This document shows, piece after piece, positions 50,501-63,219 of a stretch of 64,000 bases of DNA (positions are counted from its first letter, which is position 1; each line of letters starts with the position of its first letter). Under the pieces are notes generated by a model that saw only the letters and a list, made by a program, of their open reading frames with translations, was not told where the DNA came from and did not search any database. The DNA is taken from NCBI GenBank assembly GCA_973895155.1, contig OZ316891.1:12832771-12896770 (forward strand), read 5' to 3'. This DNA comes from Marsupella aquatica. Lineage: Eukaryota > Plantae > Marchantiophyta. Made by a program: the position numbers and the translations under genes.

Positions 50501-53500
50501 TCTTAATTAAAAAGAATGGTTCATTAATTCTTTCAGGCTTAGGCCTACAAGCTTGGATGGGACAAACAGAAGCTCACAGAGCATCTAAGGTTGTCAACAC
50601 AACCCTGATGGAACCAGAGAAGTTAGACTGATAAATGTACAGAGAAAATGTTATAGCAAAGTAGTAAACAATTTTGAATAAAGTTTATGTAAACATCTGG
50701 TGAGATTCAGTCCAGGATACTAAAGTCTATCAGGGCATTTTGGACAACATTGGATGTAATGGGGACTTATTTTTCTCAGATGAGACAAAGTTTTAGCAGT
50801 AGAAAAGTTTTTATAAAGTATGAGAAACTTTCTTTTAGACTATTGTTGACACTTGACAAAATTTATAGATCTGCCTTGGTTTTAAGTATATTTCATGACC
50901 TCGGCATGTGCCAGAACCACAATGCTCCCATGCATTTAAACTTCCACAAGTATATCATGAATTCTCTTGAAGATGATCTCAAGACTGTTATTGGTATCAG
51001 GTAATTCATTGAAAATTTCCTCTAACTCAATGGACTTGTGTGATGCAACCGGTTCCTTATGTCTTTCCTTGAAAAGGCCACTACTTTAGATGTTATGTTG
51101 TTACTCACACTATCCAAGGGGATCTGCTATCGGTCTGTGGCCTAGCCTGTGGTAGTGAGCTTAACCACCATCTAGCCTAACCACACACCCAGCATTTTTG
51201 CTAGATGGCCGTAGGCCGTGAGCAAGTCTGAACTTTTTTCATATACAGGGGACTTTTTTATTGATGGGTGATCTTAGTGCTATCTTGGCCAATTTACCAT
51301 TAACCATAGATAGACATATAAATGACATAAAAAATGATGTACTGGGTGTTTTCAGCACAATTAAGAGCTACTATTGGCAATCACAATCTTTTAAACTTTT
51401 ACATTGCTACCTCTAATTTCAATGGTATTGTGTCTTTTCTGTGGACAGTGGTTACTTGTGGGTATTTGTGATTTTCTTCATGATTCTCAATGTTCATGGT
51501 AATTTCTTATCTTCTATATAAATAATTGAATTGTCCCACAAATGCTGCAGGGTAGTAAACTGTTTTACTGTTAGCTAAGATGAAAACACTAAGGGTGGTA
51601 AACAAGGATAAGAAAAAGATGGATGTATGACACCAAAAAAACTACTAAGGACTTCCTAAACTACATGGAGTCAAACTAAAATATCATGAGACTTTGACTC
51701 AATTTGTGAGGATCAAGTTGCATTCCATATACAAGTATAGCTATCCTTTGGCAGTGCACCACTTTCAAAATCCCAAGTATATCAATTAACAGTCATTCAA
51801 CTAATACTTTTTTTATATAATTGCAGGTTGGTATGCCTATTTTTGGATGTCTTTCATTCCGGTTCTGGTAAGAGCAACATTTCTATCACAAAATTAGGTT
51901 TTGATGGTTTCTAGTGATAGAAAAGGCAATAAGGTTCTAGGAATTATTAGAGGTTTTTCATGCAGTTGAATGATCAAACATGTGAACAGCCCAAATATAC
52001 ACATTGGGGTTCAAGACTTGCTCAATCTTGCATCATCCTCATTCACGGATGAGAGTACTTTGCAAAAACTCGATACAGAGTGTAATTGTTGGACCAAGCC
52101 TAGTTATCTGATCTTATTAGACTTGAGAGTGACTTTGTGAGTGAGTTGACCTATGCACTTGATGGCCCATAGTTACCAAGGAAGATGTAAATGTGCTTTG
52201 TAAGCTTGAGGGGTTAACTCTAAGTACTTTGTAGGATACGGTATGCCATCATGATCTAATTAAATGACGCTGTTTTATCAAGAAAACAATCTAAAAATAT
52301 TCTCATTTTGAATCTTAAATAACCCTTTTTTTTGCTTTAGACAAGATATACAATCAAAGATAGTTTCTATTTTTATCAAGTTGTAAATAAATTATATAGT
52401 TTGTATGTTTTAGGGTTACATTGGTCAAAATTATATTGAAAATGATTATCTTGGATCGCATTTGGTATGTAGTTTTTACTCCTTACCGCCCATAGCTTGT
52501 AAGAGCTTTCAGTTAACTGACCACTGTATCATTGTAAAGGGGAAAGAGTCCAACCCCTTTATTACATATTTTTCTGGATGCAAATTTACTCTAAATTTCA
52601 AGAAATTTTTATTAATGACAATAAACATTGGTATTACCAGAGAGTGGTGAATAAAGGAAAACTGCCCATAGAACCATCATTTACATGTGCTTGGACATAT
52701 GATTACTTGATGACATTAATTTTGGCTCATATTTGATCCTCTTAGCCATGGGAGATGCTAAGAGAAAATTCAAACAGACTCAAAAGGTTTACAAGATGCC
52801 TGGATGAACTCACAAAAACATGATTAAATTATTTATACTCCAATAACACTTCTTACAATTCTTTCAAAGTGCTTTGTTTCTAATTTGCTGCATTGTAACT
52901 TGACCATGTCCATAGTCTCTACAATCAATATTTACAACTATCTGGGCTTTTCCACATTTTGTTAATAGAGTCCAATGTACGGAAATGGGTTACCTGGTAT
53001 CATGAAATTCTCATGAACTGCACTCAATTTATGCTGAGTAGCTAGATGTGCAAGTGGAATCTATACATAGCTACAATGAAATAATCTGCATTGTAACAAA
53101 AATCTGGCTTTTTTCTTAAGTTATGATACTACATTGACCTCATATTAAAGCCAAATTTGTTTTAAATGCTATTATCCATGTATAACCACATATTTTAAAT
53201 CATAAAGGAGGTTTTACTTCTTTGCCAACTATTATTAATAATAACTCTCGAGTACTCTAAAATTTGCAGATTAACCTGGTTATTGGTGCAAAGCTGCAAC
53301 ACATCATAACTCAGCTTGCCATGGAGACAGCTCATGAACATGGGCTTGCTGCGGCACCTATCAAGCCAAGAGATGAGCTTTTTTGGTTCAATAACCCACA
53401 CTTATTGCTCTACCTCATCCACTTTATTTTGTTTCAAGTAAGTGTGTATCATTTCACTTGCATGCATTAAACACTAGGGCATTTCACTTGCATGCATTAA

Positions 53501-56401
53501 AATATAGGGACAATCAAATCTACAGATGCCTTGTTAAAAGATCTCCTTTTCAAACATAGTGCAATGTCAAATGATATCTTCCTACCTTTCAATTTGGACT
53601 CTGAAAACAATGAACATTAATAAATAAGTGTTCACATCAATATGCTTCGTATATTTCTAAGATATGCTTTATAAATCTTTTTCCAGGGTTCATAACGAAC
53701 ATTTTAAAAAATCATTGTTGGAAGCTGAACTTTTTCTAATAATTATTTATGTTTGGCCCAACCCTAAGTGTCCTAGCTGTTGGAATCTATGTCACAGGCA
53801 ATGAGTGTCACCTTGTCCAGTTTATTTGAGGTTTAATATTCTTCTCCATGCCCTTGGGGCCGGATATACTCATGTTCCTAATTTGCATGAAATTATTTGT
53901 TTGATGGGATGTTGCATCTATATGCCCCGCATTACACACTACATTTCGTGCACTACTTGTCTAATGACATGAGCTCACTGTTGTCTCATTTTTTCCAGAA
54001 TGCTTTTGAGCTGGCCTTCTGCATCTGGTTGGTGGTGAGTTTTTGTTTCAAAGATTCTTTTATGAGTTATACTTAGATTTTATGAGTTATACTTAGATTC
54101 TTTTATGAGTTATAACCAGCAATCCAAAATGAGACAAAATGAACTAGATTACTGTTCATGTAAAATCATTCTTGACTTGGTACCCATCTATCTTGTATCT
54201 GCTGTGCAAGGCTACAGTTTCTACATTTCTTGACTTGATACCTACCTACTTTGTATTTGCTGTAATTTCAAAAGGTTGTGTATATCAACTTGGGCACCTC
54301 TTAGAATGATACCTTGCTTGTTTCCCCATAATTGCAGACAACATTTGGATTTAATTCATGTTTCTTTGCTAAACATGGCTTTATCATATCAAGAGTTATT
54401 GTGGGGTAAGCATTCTTCGTCTCCTCGATCTGACTCCATCATATTATAGTAAGTGATGTATACAGTATGCGATCTAGTAAGGGAATCGATGATCAAGTAA
54501 ATGTCTTACATTCCTAAACCTGAAAGACCATAGTCAAGTTGGTACAGATGCATTAAAACTATGGAGGAGTTGAATGTAAATTGATATGATTAAAATGTGA
54601 AGTAAAATAGGTACGTCTAAACTTGTTCAATTACCCGATAGTGCGCTGCCCCCTGTTCAAGGATTTACTATAAACATCCATATCCATACTGTTAACATAC
54701 TTGATCTCATAATGCCCTCCATAACTCATGTTCCTATAACCAAGGAAGTGAACTAAAGCTAGTGATCATGTCAAGGATCCTGGTTGAGACGGTTCACATT
54801 GGATTTTGCAGAATTCTTGCGCAGGTGCTCTGCAGCTACAGCACACTCCCACTTTACGCTCTAGTTTCTCAGGTACTTGACACCCTTCTTCAAATGCTGG
54901 CATTCGTTTTGCAAGGCTTTCCACCGCAAGGTGGTGATTGAAAACGTCACACGAACTTGTGATTAGTATGTTATGACCGAAAACTGGCGAAGATAGCTCA
55001 AGGTTAGCCCATCTTGTGGGACGTCTTCATCCTAATGATTATAATAAACTGGTTGCCAATTGAATAGACCGTGAGTGTTTCAAACCCAGTCTTGTAACAC
55101 GGCAAACCCAGTCTTCCAAAGATGAAAGGTTGTATGATGCTTTGAATGCTTTGTCTGGCTCACCTCGAGCTTCTTGTAAATTGCAGATGGGATCTCACTA
55201 CAAGAAGGCAATCTTTGCTGATCCAGTGTCATCAGCAGTAACCGACTGGCGGAACAAGGCCAAGGCAAACGTCAAGCGAAGGTCAAGTATGGAACTGGAA
55301 CACATCACTGAAGCTGAGGGCAGCTCCCATTCCCACTCTCATTGTCAAAGCCATGATCATGATCATGGACACGATCATGGACACGATCACGATCATGCAC
55401 ACATACACCATCACCATTGCAGCTCTACCTTAGTAGTGGCCTCGGATGGAGAGAGCATTTCACAGACCCACCATAACACCTTTCTAACCCATCCCGTTGA
55501 CACTGCCGAACCTCGAGTGGATGAGACCAAATCTGATCTGATCACCGACAGCCCTAGAGAACTCTGCAGGCAATGTGAAAGACTCAGCCTGAGTCTACAC
55601 ATGGATGCGGGTGAGGTCTGTGAAGGGAAGATTGGGGAAAAGCACGACGCAGATCGAGGCTCCGCATGTCCTCCCAAATCACATCTTCCAGGCAGCGCCA
55701 AAACAAACGCAGTGTATGTCAAGATCTCAAGTGAGGAGACACCTGATGGCTTCCCACATTGGTCGTTTGAGTGTAGTGAATGTAAGAGTCTCAGAGTATT
55801 GACTGAAGAATCCAGCTTACTCAATAATGAAGGAAATTCACAAGTGGGCACTACTGTGCACGAAGGGGATTCTCCCAGACTGGAAGGTGTTCGGGTTCAG
55901 GGCAAGAGGAAGTCGGTATTTCTGAAGATGTCCAGGGCAGAAACTCCGAAAGTGCCTAACACTCCGAAAGGGCCATCGTTGGACAGAATGAGGCGCTTGC
56001 CATCTCGAGAGATTAGAAGTGCAGAAGCTACGCATGGGTTGGAACCCTTCAGACCAGATCTGGACATACCTGAGCTGATGATGTGCACAACGCTACTGAA
56101 TGACCCGAGGGAGGTACTCGAGTTTGCAACGGCGACCTCTGTTTCCTCTAAATCCAGAAGGGCAGCTCCAAGTCCATCTTCACATTCCACTCTTGCAGAC
56201 GCTTCAGTTACAAGCCAGGAAGTCAAATTGGAAACGTCAACCTCCTTTGCTAAGAAGACGTCAGCTGCCAACTTATGTACAAGTTCTACTCCTGGACACA
56301 TTCCAAGTGAAGCGATAGAGCCCGGAGAATCTACATCCTTTACTGCTGGATTTAAAAGTACAAATGTCACTGATGGAGGTTCAAGAGTTCCGAGGGAGTA
56401 G
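47512..56401 (+). CDS. MLO: MLO family 7-TM protein, 15 exons, with a ~400-aa C-terminal tail
   Basis: Motifs [141 protein letters not shown] and CaM-binding IF...V......W...AK. Exons run from 47512-47670 to 55187-56401. Confidence 0.95.
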
Positions 56402-58218
56402 AATTAGGAACCTACTGAATATAGCAATCCTAAAGTAGCAACTATAGACGAGAGTTTGCGTGGTAATAAAGAATCACACTATTATCAATTACGATTCTTT
56501 CTTTAGAGAAGAGGAACAACCGTGGTATGAAAGCCTTGCCTATCCCTGGACGGGTTATTCTAATGTTTGAAGATGAGACTTCCATTTAAGACGTCCTTTA
56601 AAACGTGTATTAAGGAATTGAACTACGGAGAGTAGGCCAGTTCTACTTTTGAGAATGCCAAGACCTGTTCTGAACATGTTATAGGTGAAATTGAGCAGGA
56701 GCAGGAAGGTTCTACATGATGCGCCCCCGGGGATTCGACTAAGATGCTAGACCATGTAAAGGTGTCCATACACTTTTGCACACAGCTCACTAAGGAATGC
56801 TTTTGTGACCTGAGGCCCGGGCCATGAGATTAGACGTATTAAATAGTATTCCAAGACTTGCAATTCATAAAAATAATAACCCCTCAATGACAGTTTTGAT
56901 CGAGAAATTCCAAATTTTCAGGTTCTGCCAAGACGCTAATCGGCGATGATATTGCCCTCCTCTCAGCTTGTACCTCAAAAATCTCCGCAAACCCCTGCTA
57001 AAGAGTTCACAGACGTGATTTCCAATATACTACTTTTAGGTCTTAGGATGACGCAACCTTCACTCTCACCGGTGGGTTCTCTCAATCCTGTATGTTTCAA
57101 GAACATGCTTACAAGTAGCACTGTCGAATGCAGTCTACAATTACAATGTCGCGGTCAAGGGAGCCAGCGTTGAAAGATCTCTGCTGCTCGAGATGAACCA
57201 GAGTAAGTAAGCACTCTAGAAAACAGACTAATTGCCCAAAAACATGTATTCTAACAAAGATCTAAAAATCCATATCTGCTACTGAAGTAATGCACTTGCA
57301 CGTTACAAGTCAATCTCGTCTCCCAGGTACATCCTTACCAAGTACAATGAACCACAGCTGACTAACAAGAAGCTCAGGTGCAGCTAATGCGATATCGGAA
57401 TCGTATCTCTACAAACACCTTTCCTAGAGAACTGCCAAGAAAGTTTCGATTCGCCTACTAGAACCAAAAACCCAATGAGACAATCTATCGTATGGCCCAG
57501 CCCAAGCCCACATTCATATCGATACTTCAATCACTGACATAAAAATCAAGGACATGTACATCCACGTATCAGTTACCCGAGCCAAAAGCACACAATAACA
57601 AATTATTTCCGAATTCAGGATAGTGCTCATTAGAGGCGAGCTTTGGAGAAAATTGACAATATCACGAATCTCCAGTCCCGATCTAACGGTCAAAACAACC
57701 ACAAAGGGTGATGATAGCAGTTCTGAATGCATGTCATGTACTCAAGGCAGGACAGGAAACAAAAATTGTCGGACGCAGCTCCTACAGCCGTAGAAGATGA
57801 CGAACAAAGTGCAAGGCAAGAACTTCTTCCTTCTCCTCGGTGAAAAGAAACGTCCTCCTCACGGACATGAGAGAAGGGACCTGTGGCAGGCCAACATCGC
57901 CTTCAGAACATTAGGACATTTCACACAGATGGGAAGTAAGTTTCCAATGACACAAACATTAAAAACTCTGCTAACAAACAATTTTGACTTGAAGAAAAGC
58001 GTCAGGGGCAACAGCTTGAACGAGAATATAGTGAAATAAACACCTGTGGTGTTCAACTTGCGACACCCACAACAAGGTTCGATCCAATGATGCTGACCGC
58101 CCTTGTCCAATCACCCTGCCCCTCGTGACCGTTTCCTCGTCCATTCTGGTTCGTTAACAGACTTCTCATTGCCTTCAAGCAGAATACCAAATGTTTGAAA
58201 ATGTGAGTTACACATGAT

Positions 58219-59306
58219 TCACCTTTTGCCGTTCCCGGTCGAATATCGAAATCTAGCTCTCCAAGCTTGATCCCCTTCACTCGCAGAGCTCTCTTGCATC
58301 AAAGAGGAAGCGGTGGTAGGCGGGGTTAATGTGTACCTACTTCGATTGCCAGACAAGATCTCCCATGCGAGCACCAGAAAACCAACCAGCTCTCTCGTGG
58401 TCATACTACTCTTGTGCTGCTCCGCCTGCAAATAGTCCCACGCCCTTTCAAGGCAAGCAATCTCATCGTTACTGAGCTTCCCGCATCTGCTCAATTCCAT
58501 CTGCAGAGACTTCCAATCTCTCACGAGACACAAAATTTCGTCCGCAGTTATACTGCCACACTCCCCGCCCATGATCTGCCGCAACACAGATTCTTAGGCA
58601 ACAACGTTGTACAAACAAGCTCGACACTAGCAGAGATGCCTCGGAAACGAGAGAAACGAGAAAAACGAGGGAAACGAGAGAAAGCTGCAAAAATCAGCGT
58701 TCCAAAGCAAAAATGCCTCAACTCTTGTTCAGCTTCGCTCTCTAAAAGGTCAGTGAGTCAGAGTGAACAAAAACTACCACGGGAGACAATGAATCCACCA
58801 AGCAAAATAATAGGCCGGCAAATGATGAACACGAACTTGTCATCTGTGCATTAAAATGCTGGGCTATTGCATGGGAGATAAAAACGAGAGTATACCGGCA
58901 CACGAGATTCACTTACGTGTGCCACGAGATGCGCATTGTAGCGGAATGTCATTGTACAGAAGGTATTAAAGCAATGAATTTCGTCGCCTTCATAAACCCT
59001 AGGATTCTTGTGACCCTGCCAGGCCGATTCAGATCGCTGTTGTAGCTGTTGCTGTTGCTGTTGGTGCTGCTGCTGGCCCCAAGAGGCAAAGTACAGATCC
59101 CGAACCCTCGTGTGGAAGGCGGATTGCTTTTGCATGTTTTGCAATTGCGTCGCATTTTGCTGGTGTAGGAGGTGAGATTGTTGATCGAGGAGATCGGCGT
59201 TTCCAGCAGGCAAGAAACCCACAGGTCCTCCCGAGAAAAGATGCTGGTACTCCAGTCGTTGTGAGGGGAGATTGAAATCCATGTTACTATTACCGTAGGA
59301 ATTCAT
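58219..59306 (-). CDS. Putative ~248-aa Gln-rich protein with a single C2HC/C2H2-type zinc finger, 2 coding exons
   Basis: Exon 59306-58917 (130 codons, donor GTAAGT) joins in phase 0 to exon 58575-58219 (acceptor CAG; pyrimidine-rich intron), giving C-FNTF-C-TMT-F-RYNAH-L-VA-H|IMGGE-C. Confidence 0.68.
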
Positions 59307-60532
59307 CGTTCAATCGTCTTGAGCCACGAATTTCCTGGTGTGACCCCAAATCGTTTGGCTTCGAGAGCGAGACAACTACTTCAGTGCCGATGTTCCAGAT
59401 ACACGACCCGAACTCCAAAGCTTGGTGCACTGAGCACGGAATCCATGTCCACTGTAGCTGCTTCAATTTGAAAGGCAGCCGAGGGAGTAAAAGGACCGGT
59501 GAGAACGACAGTAGCATTAACTGCAGCATCCACGGAGAGGAACCAATCTGAACAGCGAAAATACTACTACAAACGTTTCGCAATTTCGCTTACCAGGAAG
59601 ATGGACTATGGGAGAAGAAGGCTAGTAAAGCGGATCTAGACGGATGGCGAACGAGTGCGTCGTGTAGCTCAGATCACTAAGAGTCCGCTGTGCAAATTTT
59701 GACCTGACAGTAGTACTTTGAAGTAGAACCAAGAACAATGAGGCCTAGCAGAGAGTCTTCAATGCGCGCCTGTACTAGAGCATAGCACTTGCAAGAGCGG
59801 CAATTCAATTGCTGGTAGCTCTCCCGTCTCCACCTCTCCGCTGTGATCGAGGTAAATTAAAGTACTTTGTCATTCAACCGTAAACCCATCACCTCTAGCG
59901 TTACGCAGATTTGTTGTCAACAATCTCTGTATTTTTCGGCCAGGCCCACACCTTTTCAGTGATCTGCACTCTGAATGGGGGGGGCCCAGCAGTGGATTTG
60001 GACTCACCATCAATGCTATCGTAAAAGTAGAACTGAGCAATCGGTACAGTAAGTTCCCCAATACGGAAAGCGGAGTTAGTACAGCTGATTACGCCATAGC
60101 CCTCTCTCCTTTGAGTCCTTTCGTAAGATTGTCGACGCTTATTAAAGTCATTTCCCACGTCTGAAGGCGGGACCGCGGGAGTGCAGGACGAATGGTCAAT
60201 CAATAAATGTGTGCTCGAAATCACGAGTTCGCAGCCGCATCTTCTGCGGGTTCACATCAATGGAGGTCGCTCATTTGCTGCACTAGCATTAACTTTCATT
60301 CATGAGCCAAATTGAAGATAGATCATTAGATCCCGCACCTGAGCCAACGGCAGCAAGCAACTTTATTGTTGCTGCTGATTGAAGCACCCGCCCACCATGC
60401 CTCCTCAGCTGCGGACCCTACCACATAGTTTTTTAGGGACCGCTGCAGTTTGTGACGATTAAATTGTTTACCCCTCCTCATGCCATGCGCCTTACTGCTC
60501 ACAGTATTGTCCAATGTTCATTGCCCAATGGT

Positions 60533-60619
60533 CTGCCCATTGCTCAGAGTTTAATTTCTGCCCATTGCTCGGAGTTTAATTTCTGCCCATTGCTCGGAGT
60601 TTAATTTCTGCCCATTGCT
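60533..60619 (+). repeat. 25-bp tandem repeat, ~3.5 copies
   Basis: ctgcccattgctcggagtttaattt at 60533, 60558, 60583 and 60608. Confidence 0.93.
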
Positions 60620-60688
60620 GAGTGTGTAATCTCCCTGCCACCATGCATATACAGTAGTTTGCATGCGGAAGGAGTTTGTTGAGGAACG

Positions 60689-60926
60689 ACCTGATCTACC
60701 CTGGTCTTAATTTGGTCCGCAATCTTTTTTATACTTTGATAGCAAAAAATCATTTTCATATGCTTCTCCTGTAGACTTCTGCAGGTGGCCACTTTAATTT
60801 CGGAGCCAGAAAGTTAGGGAGCAGGTTGTTGAGCTTCGGACCTGATCTACCTTGGTGTTAATTTGGCTACAGTGATCTTTGATAGCCAAAAGTTATTTTA
60901 ATTTGCTTCCTGACTTTTGCAGGTGA
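60689..60926 (+). repeat. Diverged ~90-100-bp direct repeat pair
   Basis: acctgatctacc.tggt.ttaatttgg...ctttgatagc.aaaa..tt...tgcaggtg at ~60689 and ~60840. Confidence 0.7.
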
Positions 60927-61369
60927 TTATTTTACATGATAGTCATCTTGCAAAAATCAAGTTTACTTAATCTATTTTTTGCCAGAAGTTGGAGGAGACC
61001 TCCAGTAGACGAGAGAGTGGTGGCCTATTTCAACACAAAACATGTTTTGGGGCAATTTGCCTCCTGTAAAAAAATTTCTTCATAATGTTGTGTCTCAGAT
61101 TTAAATTAGTTGGAGTACCCATTGGTTATGTAAATTTGATGTTATTTAACTAGGCTGAGCAATGAAGAGTTGCAGATTGGATTAGGTTTACATATGGAAA
61201 TGAGAATACAAAAATTATATGGAGGAGCCCGAATGAAGTGTGTTTTACGGGACACTTTCAATTTATTGAAAACAAAGAGGAGGTCATTCCTGGTACAATC
61301 CATACAAAACAATCCCTTGGTAACTCCATGTCCATTGAGTATGCACATTCATTGCAAAAACATTTCCTT

Positions 61370-61590
61370 TGTACATAGTAGTATGAAGGGTTTCTTACAT
61401 TGCCTTGATGTTTTTTGTCCATAGTAGTTGAAAGGCTTCTTATATATCTTTGTTACTCCTCTTACCATAGTGAGTTTCTTATATTTCTTTGTCATTTCTC
61501 TCTCCCTAGTAATTGACGGGTTTCTTATGCTCTCTTGTTACTCCTCTAACCATAGCCAAAGTGTTTCTTACATTACCTTGGTAAATGTCA
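61370..61590 (-). repeat. Diverged copies of the repeat family seen at 20-170
   Basis: ccatagccaaagtgtttcttacattaccttggtaaatgt is close to the reverse complement of acatttaccaaggtaatttaagaaaccctttggct. Sub-repeats gtttctta.at are present. Confidence 0.65.
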
Positions 61591-62161
61591 CAAAAGTTGA
61601 CGAGTTTGCTTCTGCCCATGGTTATGTCCACAAAAAAATCCAATTAAATAAAATAATCTACCAAAAGACACTCATATATCAATCACAACCCATCCAAAAG
61701 TCACTTTCTTTACCCCCTGGTTTGCCCCTTCCATTGCTTACTTGAAATGGTGCCTTTCAATTTTCTTTGTTTTCACAGTTACAACATTTTTTCTTTGCCT
61801 TGGCTCAAACACAAAAAAAATCATGTTTGATTTTTCTTGCAGAATTAATTGCTATTAATTGCTCTTGTTTGTGACCAATAGTGTTCATCTGGTTTCACTT
61901 GTTTTCAAAGATTTTGGAATGAGCCCAGGGCCTCTAATTCCTCCCTGTTTCCTGAAATGGCCTGCATATTTTTTTCCAGACCACACTTTCTGCAGGGAAA
62001 CAATGTACATTAAAAGTTCTACTGGATTTGCCTTCCTCACTTGGGAATTATTGCACGTTGAGTTATTGATATTTGGGCTTCTGAAGGTGTGGTAATTTGA
62101 ATTGACTTTGTTGCACTGGTGGCCATGGTTAGGTGGCCAACACTTCAACAAATTATAACTA

Positions 62162-62980
62162 CAGTGAACTCTGGATAAATGCACTCTCCATAAGAGCTTA
62201 CCCTGGATTATTGCATGCCATCTTGTTCTTCCCCTTTTTTTTACACGGGATAAGCGATTTTTAAACATTTTTTCTAAGCGCACATAGGGCTAAAATCATT
62301 CCACTAAATGAACAACTTTCTAAGCGCTTACCCTGGATAAGTGATTGAATGCGCTTATTTGTAAATGCATAAACTCCAGACATGTCATTTACCGATAAAG
62401 GCATGCCCATTATTAGTAGAGTACATAATGCACTTAAGGAGTGTGGGCAAAGAATTAGGGCAGGGATTAAGGTACGAGGCTGACTATTGGGTCCATAGAG
62501 CATGCGAACACTGTTGCGCATTGTAGCTTGTGGTACTGTAGCTTGTGAATCATTGGGGTAGTCAGGTGGAATCAACATGGAGGAAAGGAAGGTGACAATA
62601 CTGACTCACAAGCAGAAAGCGAGAAATGTGTTGCCACAAGCAAAAGCATCCAGAGCTCACAAACAAAGCTCTAGTTGAATGGGCTTCAGAAACATTTGGG
62701 TGCTAAGGTACATCAAACTACTGTTGGTTGAATCTTGAAGAAATCTTCTCATTGCTTGCCAATGTGACTGCAAATGAAGTCAAACCAACTCGTAGTGCAC
62801 TTTGCCCAGATCTGGAAGAAACCCTGGATAATTACACATTTAACAAAGGATCCCAAACTAAGCACACTTATCTATTACAGCACTTTTATTGGGATGTGCA
62901 CTTATCAAGTCATGCAACACCTGCTTAAGTGCACGCCAGATCTTTCTTCCCGAGAGGGTGCCTTTATCCAGAGTTCACTT
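62162..62980 (+). mobile_element. pogo/Tigger-like (Tc1/mariner) internal-deletion derivative
   Basis: TA|CAGTGAACTCTGGATAAATGCACTCTC ... GAGAGGGTGCCTTTATCCAGAGTTCACTT|TA. Internal decayed CENP-B-type HTH at ~62580-62830 (KREMCCHKQKHPELTNKALVEWASETF..QTTVG.ILKK...RSALCPDLEETL). Confidence 0.82.
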
Positions 62981-63219
62981 TATTGGCTTCTGAAGGTTGG
63001 TAATTTGAACTTGACTTTGTTGCACTGGTGGCCCTGGTTAGGTGGCCAGGACTTTAGACTAGGGTTCCATAGGCATACACGCAGGGAGTGCTTATACCCC
63101 CTCAATCCCCAGGACTGCAAGCAAGCCTCCACGCAGCATCCACAGTGAGAGCGGAGAGGTTTGGGGGCAGGGAGGGATTGCTTTGAGTTCCACCCCCCAC
63201 AACCCAAACCTTTCAAAAA

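Noticed and set aside
55411-56370. Minus-strand ORFs of 146 and 157 aa
   Set aside because: Antisense to the MLO terminal exon.
60533-60619. CRISPR-like or iteron array
   Set aside because: Simple head-to-tail 25-mers without spacers.
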